DNA of 64,000 nt, from assembly GCA_030704615.1 (NCBI GenBank), contig CM060731.1, forward strand, positions 45,074,001-45,138,000. The letters are read 5' to 3'. This document shows positions 26,377-38,521 of this stretch, one piece after another. Source of the DNA: Takakia lepidozioides (Eukaryota > Plantae > Bryophyta). Each line of letters begins with the position of its first letter. The stretch's first letter is position 1. The position numbers were made by a program, and so were the translations under genes. The notes beneath the pieces were generated by a model, which was not told the DNA's origin, did no database searches, and worked only from the letters and a program-made list of their open reading frames with translations.

Positions 26377-26450
26377 ACTCTGCAATGCAGAATTAGCACC
26401 GTCCGGGGGTCGAAAGTGCGACGCCCGGACGTCACAATTTAAGGGGTAAA
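26154..26450 (+). mobile_element. CACTA element terminus with subterminal repeats
   Basis: CACTACG at 26154 is followed by many direct and inverted TTGCGAC/GTCGCAA repeats and interrupts a Helitron unit at GGGTCGTTG. No matching TAGTG end found. Confidence 0.75.
26338..26373 (+). repeat. Poly(A) run of about 36 nt
   Basis: Directly visible homopolymer. Confidence 0.9.
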
Positions 26451-29400
26451 TTTGAATTTAGACGGGAAAATTTGAATTTCAAAAACTTGTTGACCATTGA
26501 CTCTGGTTCTGTCTAATGGCGATATGTTCATTGTTCTACATATATCATGCAATGCATACTTGAACCTAAGTCCTCCACGTTACAACATTTCTAAGACACT
26601 ACAAACTAACCAACACACATACGCTACATTTATGTATCACAAAAGCAATCTAAATATATATATATACATACTAGGGCTTCGTGTTGCTCCGCACTACTAG
26701 CGACGAATTCTGAGAACTATGTTCAATTTTTCACAAAAAAAATGTGGATCATCCCCACAGTGTTACATGCAGAGATCCCGTGTTTTGTTTTTTTCTGGAA
26801 GAAAAATGGCGGATCTCCATTTCAACATTCAATTTTCACAAGCCACATCAATCAATAACAACATACCCAAATACCCTTACATTCACTGTATGAACTTTCA
26901 AGCATCCACCATGGGATTGGATCTTGGTGGGTTAAGGCTAATATTCATGCAAGTTCATCAAGGGCTCCATCCAAAGCCACACCACGAGAAACAAACAAAC
27001 ATGTCCAAATTTAAGATGTTGAACAAACTGCTAGTGTGTAGAATGCATGCTAGCTTACAAAAGTGGGAGAGGTAAATTGGGTTAATCGTGTCTTTGCACA
27101 GTGCCGAAATCGGGTGACTCCCATCCAAGGGGCAAGGAAACTTGCGCCTTCTTTGGGAGTTCACGTGCTAGTGCGCACCTGGCGCGTGCGCGTACTATAA
27201 CTGCGCTACCAAGGGGGTTGCCTTGTAGTGCGGGCTAACGCGGAAGCTACGTGCTTCCGTTCACGTACTATAATCGTGTAGCCTCGGGACGAAGTCGTAG
27301 TGCGGCTTCGGCGTGTTCCCGTACCTCAGGCCAGCATTCCAAGGCGGACCTAATTGTAGTGATTGGGGCGCGCGGTTGGTTCAAGGTTATCTTTCTAGCC
27401 AAAGAGGGTTCGAGGTGAACCCTTGCTCAAGGCGATGCCCAAAGCGGCATCATGAGCGGTCGCAAGCAATGTTGTTGCAGTAAGGCGATTCAATCCTCGG
27501 GGAGGATCGTTCCTTGGCCTTGAAGTAGGCCAAGAAGAGTGCACTGGGAGGAGCTTGAGAGGCTCCACCCTTGGCCGGGACTTGGAGGAAGTCGGCCGAA
27601 CTAGCTAGTGGAGAGTAGAGTCAAGTGTGGGGTTTGGTTTATTGCCATGGGACGCCATGGTACGGAAACAAACTCCTTGATGTGGGACGCCATAACTTGG
27701 ATGTTCGTTTCTACAAAATGGACAAGTCGATGAGGACATCGACTCCCTGTTGGTAGGGGTGTGTGTCGCGGCCCTTTGCCTTGAAGGCAGGGGGTCGGGA
27801 CACAAGAGGGGCTGCCCCTATGGTGGGGGCAGCGGCAGCGATAGGTATGGGGGGCTGAAGCACCCTTGAGTGCCCAAGGCACTCAGGGAAGCGGAGGCGC
27901 TCACTAGGTGGAGCCCCGCACACCGGGTTGCGGTGGGGATGGCTCCACAAGGGGTGGTGGTAGCTTAGCGGGACTTAGTGGGGGTGGCATAGGACTCACC
28001 ATGGGGGCGGAGACCTCGTGGTGGGAGTCGTGGGGAGTCTTGGGACTCATCTCAGGCGTGCGTATCAAAGCGAGTAACTATGACTTGAGGGGGAGCTTAC
28101 CGAAGTGAGGTGCGCGACACACTTGCATACATAGAAGATTACACTTGGGCTTAGATGACACTTGACACTTGGGCCAACGGCACATGCTACCCTAGTCAAT
28201 ATATGAAGGAAGCCAGTTTGTTTGTTTGTTTTGTTTTGTTTTGTTTTGTAGTGGTGTGATGTCCCAAACCGGGAGGCCCCGGCCCTGGTGCTTGGTACCG
28301 TTGGAAAGCCCTCGACGAGGAGGGGTGCACCGGCTTGGTCTCATGATTTTTGGACCTGCAGTGTGGGAGATATGACATCCCAAGTACTTTTGGTGGCCGG
28401 AAATTCACAAAAAATAGCAAAACTGGCAAAGTGGGCATTCCTGGGACAATGGTTGGAGCCTCGACGGGAGAGATATCAAGGGAAAGGTCTCCGGTTCAAA
28501 TCGGGTCATAGGCTTTGTGGAAAAAAACTTACTTAGATGACATTGAACACTTGGGCCAGTGGCAAAGGCTACCTAGAGGTTGCATTTGGGCCTCGACATA
28601 GGAGACGCACTTTGATACATAGGGGATTGCACTCGGACTTAGATGACACTGGACACTTGGGCCAACGGCACAGGCTACCCTAGAGACGGGAGATATATCA
28701 ATAATGATAGGATATATTACTACTCAATAAATTCATGGAAAAAAATTAATCGGGCCTTGACATGGGAGACGTACTTGGATACATAGGAGATTGCACACTA
28801 GGCTTAGATGGGCCTTGACATGGGAGACACACATAGGAGATGTCTTTGGATACATAGGAGACACACTTGGGCTTAGATGACACCGGACACTTGGGTCAAT
28901 GGCAGAGGCTACCCTGGAGGTCACACTTGGTCCTAGACATAGGAGACGCACTTGAATGCATAGGAGATTGCACTTGGGCTTAGATGATCCTGGACACTTG
29001 GCCCAATGGCACAGGCTACCCTAGTCAATATATGAAGCGAGACTTTTGTTTTGTTTTGTTTGTTTGTAGCATCGTTGAGATCTCCGAAACCGCGGGGCCC
29101 CAGCCCCGGTGCTTGGTGTCGTTGGAAAGCCCTCGATGAGGAGGGGTGCACCGGCTTGGTCTCATGATTTTTGGACCCGCGTGTGGGAGCTATGGAATTT
29201 TGAGTACTCTTGGTCGCGGGAAATCGGGAAAAATAGCAAATTGGACTTTCTTGGAGCAGTGATTGGCCCTTCACGTGGAAGATTTGGAATTTCAAGTACT
29301 TTTGGTTGCTGGAAATTCACAAAAAATAGCAAAGTGGATATATCAATATATTAAGCCTCGACATGGGAGATTGCAAAAATAGCAAAGTGGGCTTTGTTGG

Positions 29401-32206
29401 ACCAATGATGTGGAGATCTCCCAAACTGCAGGGTCACTGGATGCACAGGGGATTGCACTTGGACTTGGATGACATTGGACACTGGAAGTCGCACTTGGGT
29501 CCCTACATGGGAGAAGCACTTGGATACATAGGAGATTGCACTTGGGCTTAGATTTCAATTCTTCACACATGGGCCAATGGCATAGGCTACCCTAGAGGTC
29601 GCACTTGGGCCTCGACTTAAGAGATGTACCTGGATACATAAAGGGGATTTATGCACTTGGACTTAGATGACACTGGACACTTGGGCCAACGGCACATGCT
29701 ACCCTAGCAAAAATTTGGACCTGCCGGCCAAGGATGGGAGAAATTTGGTCACTGAAAATTCAACTAAATTACAAAATTAAGTGTTGGAATGACACTAGAG
29801 GTCGCACTTGGGCCTCTACATGGGAGAATCACTTGGGTACATAGGAGATTGCACTTGGGCTTAAATGGGCCTTAACATAGGAGACACACTTGGATATGTA
29901 GGAAATTGCACCTGGTTTTACATTTCAATTCTTCACACATGGGCCTCGACATTAGATGCACTTGGATACATAGGGGATTGCACTTGGACTTAGATGATAC
30001 TGGACACTTGGGCCAACGGCACAGGCTACCCTAGAGGTCGCACTTGGGCCTCGACATAGGAGACGCACTTGGATACATAGGAGATTGCACTTGGGCTTAG
30101 ATGACACTTGATACTTGGGCCAACGGCATAGGCTATCCTAGTCAATATATGAAGGAAGCCTGTTTGTTTGTTTGTTTGTTTGTTTGTTTGTTTGTTTGTT
30201 TTGTTTTGTTTTGTAGCGTTGAGATGTCCCAAACCGCGGGGCCCCAGCGCTGGTGCTTGGTCCCGTTGGAAAGCCATCGAGGAGGAGGGGTGCACCGATT
30301 TGGTCTCATGATTTTTGGACCTGCGGTGTGGGAGATGTCGAATTTCAAGTACTTTGGGTCGTTGGAAATTCGTGAAAAATAGCAAAGTGGGCATTCCTGG
30401 ACAATGGTTGGAGCCTCGGCAGGAGAGATATCAAGGAAAAGGTCTCCGGTTCAAATCTGGTCGTAGGCCCTGTAGGAAAATAATGATTATACTTAGATGA
30501 CTTAGATGACATTGGAGTACACTCGGGCCAACGACACAGGCTACCCTAGAGGTCGCATTTGGGCCTCGATATAAGAGACGCACTTGGATACATAGGAGAT
30601 TGCGCTTGGACTAGATTTTAATTCTTCACACATGGGCCAGTGACATAGGCTACACTAGAGGTCGCATTTGGGCCTCAACATAGGAGACACATTGGATACG
30701 TAGGAATTTGCACTTGGTCTTAGATTTCCAATTCTTCACACATGGGCCAAAGGTACAGGCTATCTTAGAGGTTGCACTTGGGCCTCGACATAGGAGACGC
30801 ACTGGGATACATAGAAGATCTTACGCTTGGACTTAGATGACACTTGACACTTGGGCCCACGACACATGCTACCCTAGAGGTCGCATTTGGGCCTCGACAT
30901 AGGAGACACACTTGGATACAGGGATGATTGCACTTGGACTTAGATGACATTGGACACTTGGGCAAACGGCACAGGCTATCCTAGTTGGTTATGAACTAGG
31001 ATGTAATCTTATATTAACTTAGTTAAAGCTTAATTATTGAGTTATCTCAAGTTAACTTGAGCATATGTGGTAGTCTTTATGCCACACTTAACATTTATTA
31101 AGGGCAAATCAATGAAGAGGGGAGTAAACATTTGCTAACAAATAGTACTTAACATTTGCCAATTTGCAGTGTGCACAAGTAGGGGACTAAAATTTTCTTC
31201 ACATATATGGTAGTTTAACGTTTCTAGAGGAAACATTGACCCAAGGTAGACTCGACATCAATACACGAATTTACATCGACCATGATTTCCATGCCCACCA
31301 TACACGCCATGACGCCACATGGCTGACTCCCACCCATGTCGACCACATGCATACATGCACATGAAATTTAATATGAGATGTGAATAGATTGATTTTTAAT
31401 GTGATGAACACAACCACATGCGAAATTTCTTATTGGTATCATGTCTAGTCGCTCTACTCCCTCCACTCCCGTGTTGCCCTCATAGCGTCAAAATGGCCAC
31501 CATGATGCTCCATGATGTCTTTCATCCGTGGAATCGCATCATTTGGCCTGTTGTTCAATAGAGAGAATGTGCATTAAACAAAGATTGTAAGAACACGCCT
31601 GCAAATTCATATGTGTATGTTGTAATCACAAGAGCAACAATCACATGAGCAATAAGATTATTTAGGGTTTATATCCTCACAAACTCCATGTATTTTTGTT
31701 TCTGAGGGCTTCTGGACTTGTAAATGGTGTGTAATGACCACCATCCATTTCCTTTGCACTTTCCAGAGCTAATTAGCTGGTCACCATGGTGAAGCGGAGC
31801 ACACTGGTTGAGAACATGCGCCAGTACCATGAGGAATATGACACCAACGAGTGGGCCAACCTCATTTGCGAGGCCCACTCCAAGGCACACATTCAAGAAC
31901 CTTGTGATCACCACATGAAACCATTTGAATGAAGCTAAATGTGCACAAGATTAATGGTTGATCTGAAGTTGACACGAGACTGAAAATGTACCATGTTTTT
32001 AAAGCTGACCAACGAAGCGTCATGGAACAAGTTCTCATTGACAAAGGTTTCATGCCTAAGCAAAAATATGGCATTCCCACGACCAAACGGCCAATGCCAA
32101 ATAAGGAGGGCCCTAAGGAGGTACTGCATGATTTGGAAACGACACTTGCTAATGCAGGCGATTGCAGGTGGTCGTCAAGAACAAAGTGAAGAAGCAACGA
32201 CGCAAT

Positions 32207-33590
32207 CGCGTGAGCCTCGCGCGTGAGCGTGTGAGCGTACGCTCATACACTGGTGACGTGGCGTGAGCGTGATGCCAGCAGGTTGCCATGGTGTCGAATG
32301 CTGAAGTGACACCACATCAGCATCCGCCACGTCAACAGAAACATACGGCGCCTATATCGGAGGGTCCTATGACCGTGGGATGAACTTAGGCAACATGAAA
32401 CCAAAATACCATCAAGAATACTATCAAAATGCCCGAAATGGGAAATAAGTCTAAAACTGTGGCATCCATTCCACAACATTCTGCAATTACAATTGTAAGT
32501 TTTACAATAACAATTACAAGGAGGACAAAATAACCTCATAAGGCTCCATAGAGACTGACCTAGGAAGACCCTGCTTCCTCCCCAAATAACGAAGAGAAGA
32601 GGGATCATGGTATCAAAAAGAAGCCTACAGTACATAGCGACACAGCAGAGATACACGGTAGACCGAGATGTCGGAAGACCAAATAATAGGAAAATAGCAT
32701 CCAACCAGAAGGCACATCTGCAAACACCTTGTTCCATTCTGCGCTAATCACACTTTCATGCTATATGCTTTGCAAGCGGAAAGCCTCACGGGATAGAGAC
32801 AAAAGGTCTGAGTGGACCGAGCTTACAAGTTTAACAGAAGATAGTTTCCCCTCAAAGCCAGGAGCCCATCTTGACGTCCAAAGGTGCCAAATTTCCGTAT
32901 TGTTCCAAAAACAAAAAACAGAGCAGAAGTGATGATCGGTGCCGATCATCACTTCTGCTCTGTTTATGACATTTGCGTAGTTGTTATAATCGTCGACGAT
33001 CATCACCTCTGCTTGATACTTGATTTCCAAACATGCAAGGGCTTAGTACGTAGATCATATCTAAATCAGTCTATTCCATCTGGGCGATTTTTATGTAAGA
33101 AAGCCTCAATTCCACTCCGGCTAACTTTGACGGTTGGGGATCTGCACTGCGAACTGCTACTACACCTTGTTATCGACTGATACAAAAGCTTGTTGAAACT
33201 AGCACGCTCATTCTCCCTTTCATGGGAGGGATAAAGGTCTCACTTCGGCAATCGCACACTTATCAAATTGCAGTTTATGACCCGAGGGGCGGCGGTGGAA
33301 TACATGTTAAAGATGTAGTCTGCAATGACTGGAAAGGGTAAATCATTCCACGGAAATAGGCACCTACCTCACGCCTCTGAGTTCAGGATCTAGCATTCCT
33401 CCCTTCCGCCTGTTATGTCCGCGGTTATAGGTCCGTGCCTATGGAAATGACGTGGCATGACGTGACGTGGCGTCAACCACGCTAGCGAGGACTGCTGACG
33501 TGGCGTGACACCCGTGAACCAACGTGACGAGAACTGTTGACGTGGCATGAGCCTGATTGTGCTCACACGCTCACACGGCCAGCTCACGCG
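32207..33590. mobile_element. Putative non-autonomous TIR element (MULE-like) with G-box-rich inverted arms
   Basis: CGCGTGAGC-N4-CGYGTGAGCGTGTGAGC at 32207 is mirrored on the - strand ending at 33590; GCCACGTCAACAG/CTGTTGACGTGGC is also mirrored. No TSD found. Confidence 0.4.
32916..32965. repeat. Perfect 24-bp inverted repeat with a 2-nt spacer
   Basis: AAACAGAGCAGAAGTGATGATCGG-TG-CCGATCATCACTTCTGCTCTGTTT. Confidence 0.95.
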
Positions 33591-34199
33591 GAGGCATCCC
33601 CCATGAAGAAGCACGCCTCGTAGGATCCTGCACCTTCCAGCCTTCCTACAATTCACAATCATACAACTCATAGGCGGGTATTGAAGCTACATCAGGAGAT
33701 TTCAGTTGGGAGCATAACTGATTCAGACAATGTATCCCAACATGACATTAGCGTGGTTGATAAGTCACCGCTCCCCATCGTGGCTGGTCGTCTTTCTCTA
33801 ATCCTCCAAATCCTCAGAACAAAGCAGAATCGCTCTTCAAAGAACAAGCAACGTATTTGAAGTGCTCTCTCTCTATCCCTCCAAGGTCAGAGGTTTGTGC
33901 CACCTTGTGGATTTTGGTTCTTGAAGGATTTCAACTTTTTTCGGGATGGTTTTCTTGCGTTGGACAACCCCACATTCAAAGAACGCTTTCATCACGTTCC
34001 TGGCAAGTGCCGACAACCCATTTAGGGTGGTCGTTGCATCAACATATGGTAGCTAGTATATTGAGTATAAGATACTTAACCGATTCTAGCTTTCCCTCAT
34101 CCTCCTCCTTTCCTATTCACTTCCTTGTCGTTTATATTTGCTATTGATTTATGTTTATTTTTCGTGTATTCATGTATCTGTAAGTGCTCTTGATGTAGA

Positions 34200-35850
34200 G
34201 GAAGAAAAGACAAGACCATGGACGCATTGGCTAGCAAACAAATGAATACCTATGTTGTGCATAAGGAGATTAATTCAAATATGCTCAAGTACCTTTCTTA
34301 TCGAGTTCACATGGATGTCTATACCAAGAAGTTTCTTGCAGCATATGAATAATTAAATGGATTAAGGAAGTTTTTTATTACATCAAAACTAGAGGAATGG
34401 GATCAGAGGAAGTTCCGTGAGAACGAAAAAAAACAATGGGGTTGCAGGTCTCATATGTGGGTCATACGGACCATGGAGCACTTCGAAAATTTGAATACTC
34501 CCTTTAGAATCATTCAGAGGAAGAATGTGAACATTCATGAACTTCCTTGCGGTAGCTAGGCGAGGAGCAAAGACGGACGACCCAACCACATCCCCTATGA
34601 TCCTCATATTCATCCAAATCTGCATGTGGACGACCCAAGTGGACGTTGAGTTGCTTATTTCCACCATTTTTTACCGTAATTTGCCAAACATGCTTGAAGT
34701 ATTGTCTTGCACTGAAGCTGGGCGCAGGTGTGTCCGAACATCTATCAATACTGTGCTCAATTTAGGGTGTGTCATGTTCGGCAATATGCCAGACCCCATT
34801 CATGCCAAGTTTGAGGTGGACGAAGTCGTCGTTGTTCTCATTGGAAACAGTCAAGCCAACGCAAGCGTGCCGTGCAAAAAATACATGACAATGTTTATGT
34901 GATTAAAGGACAAACAGTCGGGGACATGATAATTTCATATCCCGATCATTTTTATAGGTTGTGGTTTGGTACCACAAATCGCGATGCTAGAAGAGCAGCC
35001 TTCGATCAATTTAACAAATTCCTGAAGCAGCGGGAGGATTTGTGGCTTGGTTGGATGCGCATTTCACCAGGTATGTCATTCATCATTTTCATTTTCTTTT
35101 GCACTTTCTCATATGCTTCATGTAATTGCAATTGTCATTCTGACATGTGAATTGCCGTGCATGTGATCAATACACATTTATGAATGTTGCCATACATGAG
35201 AAGCTGCAACCCTCGCCTGTGGTACCTTGCGGACGTTGCACAGAGTAATATGTGCGAAGCAAAGAATCAGATATATGGTAGTGTACAACTTGCAGATGTG
35301 AATGCGCAAGACAATATGTGGCACATAGTTTAGCACACTGTCCAAGCTGATCCACCTGTTGCACAAGATTCCCATGTTTGTCATGATGCACAAGTTACTT
35401 TGGTCGTTGAAAAGCAACAAGTCACATGTGAGCAATTTGCCCCCTCTGCAGTCACTATGTTTGAAGACCTCTAGGCCACAAATGGAAATTCTGCACAATT
35501 GCATGTGGTTGGAGAAAGAAATGACACTAACAATTGATGTAGCTGGCCCTGATGCATTCACAGCGGCCATACATATTCCTGGAAGACCCTTCCACAACAT
35601 CCCTGGACCGCAACAAGCATGTTGGATACGACATTCATTTCCCTCACACATGGACTTACTATGGCCTATGACACAAACGGAGATTGTGTTGCAGGAATCG
35701 CAGGTTATTCCATGTGATCCTCCAACTTTCGCCTATATTGTGGCGCTTGTGCAAACACATTTCCCCATGACTCCTATCCCTTTCAGCTCCACAATGGCCA
35801 TTGAAGATTGCATGTCTGGCATGGAAAGTCCTCTTATAGCTGTATGATCA
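34200..35850 (+). pseudogene. Heavily decayed SWIM-finger/MULE-like coding remnant
   Basis: Frameshifted CxC...NM(C)-HI-like segment near 35280-35330 and an intron-like break at 35071; otherwise fragmentary. Confidence 0.3.
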
Positions 35851-35949
35851 TATTGGCGCCCCCCCCCCCCCCCCACCCCTTCAGTTGGGATAGGCCACAG
35901 ATGAGCAACACAATCTGGCTTTTACAACTACGGAAAGCCATGGCTTTCA

Positions 35950-38100
35950 CAACTATATTCATGACTATTAGTGGTAACTTGCCAAAAAAATGCACGAATT
36001 TTGCGATCCACAGTCGTCATCGTGTCTTCATGTTTAACCAACGTGTTGGTCAACAACCTTTGACCGCATAGATTTTGAAGGCGTATATGACTATCAATGA
36101 TGATGGTGTCTATGAAATGTAACTTGACATCAGATTTGAGTCGTACATAATTTCTGATTTCGTACGTAAAATGTTGGCACGCAAAACATGGTCTTTTATC
36201 TTGGAGACAACATTTTTCAACCATGCTCTTCGGACATGCCACAAGCACAAAATCTCCATAAACAGACTTACTTAATTTAAGGATGAACGACAACTAGGAA
36301 ATGCATTGTCGTGAAAACGGCCATACATGAAGTGGATGACACATAAAACATAGGTGGCAGTTGATGAAACAATTTATGTAATTTCATTCCACCACGACCA
36401 CTTTATGGTGCATGACAATCCTAAAAATAAGAGAAGCAGACCTGATGGCGTTTATCCCAGTATTTGCATCGTCCACAATGAACGCATTCGGACGCCAAAG
36501 CGGATGTGCCTTAATCATAATGTAGGTCTATTGTCTTACTCCCTGCAATGATAACATATGCCATAGATTCCATTCAGCCACTCATCGAAGACCACGATGG
36601 TATATAATGGATCCTACAACGTGAGGTCAGTCATGATTGGACAACCAATTCGTTAGTTCATATGTCAATGTATTATGGTAGACAACGTAAATTCAAATTC
36701 AAAATAAGTCTGCACCATCTGGGAGAACGAGAACAGCTCACAACAAGATTTGTGTACATGATTGAAGGTAAGGACGGATAGGGAGGATGATCGTGGGATA
36801 GAAGATGTACATGGAGCAAAACTTAGCATACATAAGAAAAATGACAATTGAGCATATGGGGTAGTACATGACCTTCTTTTCATTTCACCGAAGGTGGCAT
36901 GACATGCAAAAATTCTACCATGTCGGAGGTCAAGCATCTGTTCTTTCTGCCATTCTGTTTGAATGCCCGACACAAATTGCAGATCAAGCTTGCGATTGCT
37001 TGATGTCCATGTTGGCTGGTTGACTTCTTCTTGATAATAAAAGACACTGTTTGGATTCTCGACCACCCACGTGTGGACATTTCGAGCATCGTTAGGATGT
37101 TTTTTGAAAGTCTCATCATCACATTTGTTGGTAATGATTCTGATATCATGCGACAAGAGGAATGTATCTCGAGTAACCTCCAACCCGCCTTCCATGATGT
37201 CTTTCACTTTTTGGGTGGGATTTGCAATAATCTTGTTAAGAGACAGTCATAGGGGCAATTGGTGTAGGATCCATGCTCTCATATCGTTACTAAGATGAGG
37301 ACATACGAAAGTGTGTCATGATTTCTCATAGGAAGGGCGGTGAACAAGAACACGTTGTTGACGTGGTTCTTCTGGTAGTACACCAACATAGCGATTGTGG
37401 GGTCAAGAAAACATTGTTTTACTATGAATTTGCATGTATAACCTCGTTTCATGCCCTCCCCTCCTTTGTTCCTAGTTATTTTTCTTTGTTTTCGTTTTGG
37501 TTCGGCTGATAGACATAGTTGACAACTTTTGTGCTGGTTTTTTGGGAGGAGGTCGCTTCCATTTTTTGGCGGCCATGTCTATTCTGATTTCCATAACCGC
37601 CATGGTATGGTCTGTAGGATCGTAAGAGCAATGGTACATGAAAGAGAAACAAACATAGCATTAGGCAAACAATACAGGTGTACAAAGTTGCATTGTTGCC
37701 CTACATGAACCATTGTAGAAACACATGAAAAGACATATACATACAAACCTTGTCATTTGCAAGCAGCTGTACATCCGTGGCACTTTCCTCATTGCTGTTG
37801 TTGGTGAATTTACAAGGGGCATCTGAGCGAGCCGACACTCCTGCAATGAAGTCTTCAACTCGATCCATAGAACAAACGCGACATCAAATGTGGCCGCACC
37901 TCCGTGGCATTGGGACCTCCACAATACATGGTGTGTGCAAGGGCCCGAGGAAGGGGTTTGCAATGTGCTTCACAATTGTGCGACCAGATGAGGAACAACA
38001 ATGTCTTCTGGGGGACGGTGGCATGCGTGTGCACATGGGTTTGCAATTGATCAAATTGAAAGAAAAAAAATGTACGTATTTGGAAGCATAGTGCAACATA
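35950..38100 (-). pseudogene. Mutator-like (MULE/SWIM family) transposase remnant
   Basis: RDTFLL...KHPNDARNVHTWV...VFYYQE...GIQTEWQ...ATFG (36665-37207) and CLWHVRRAWLKNV (~36210-36250) match plant MULE-SWIM transposases. Confidence 0.75.
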
Positions 38101-38521
38101 ACAGTGTGAGAGGCAAGATTTCAATTCATGACATCAATGCAGATTTTAAGGGCAAGAACAACCATCCTCTTTTTGCAAATTGAAATCTGGGGTTTGAATT
38201 TAAAATCCCTTCCATAAATGAGGCATGTATTTCTCAATAGCGTCTTCAGTGCTATCTACCATGCATTGAAAAACAATAGCGTCTTCACTACCTACCATGC
38301 ATGTTGCCTTGTCCACCAATTGGATTGCCATGATCAAGTTACGTTGAAATTTCAAGCCTACACAGAGACGTTTCTTGTGGTTTTGTTCCTTTGTATAAAT
38401 GGGATGCTTACTAAACTGACTAAGACATGCCACTGTGTCAAAAATGTGCAAGGCAAAAACATGTACACATATACAGAATCCCTTACAACAATCAACTTAA
38501 ACTGGAAAACCGATTTGTGAG

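Larger units (their letters stand above)
24422..30984 (+). mobile_element. Head-to-tail array of non-autonomous Helitrons with an internal ~105-bp satellite
   Basis: Starts A|TC and ends CTAG|T. Internal CTAG|TCAATATATGAAG junctions at 28196, 29025 and 30142. Each unit has (GTTT)n near its 5' end, and an imperfect hairpin CTTGGGCC-AAC-GGCACAGG precedes CTAG. Confidence 0.8.

Noticed and set aside
24760-30984. CRISPR-like appearance of the recurring short repeats
   Set aside because: The intervening sequences are themselves repeated, the context is eukaryotic with no cas genes, and Helitron termini explain the pattern.
31780-32190. Protein-like + strand fragments (MVKRSTLVENMRQY..., MYHVFKADQRSV...)
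   Set aside because: Broken by stops and not assignable to a family by eye.
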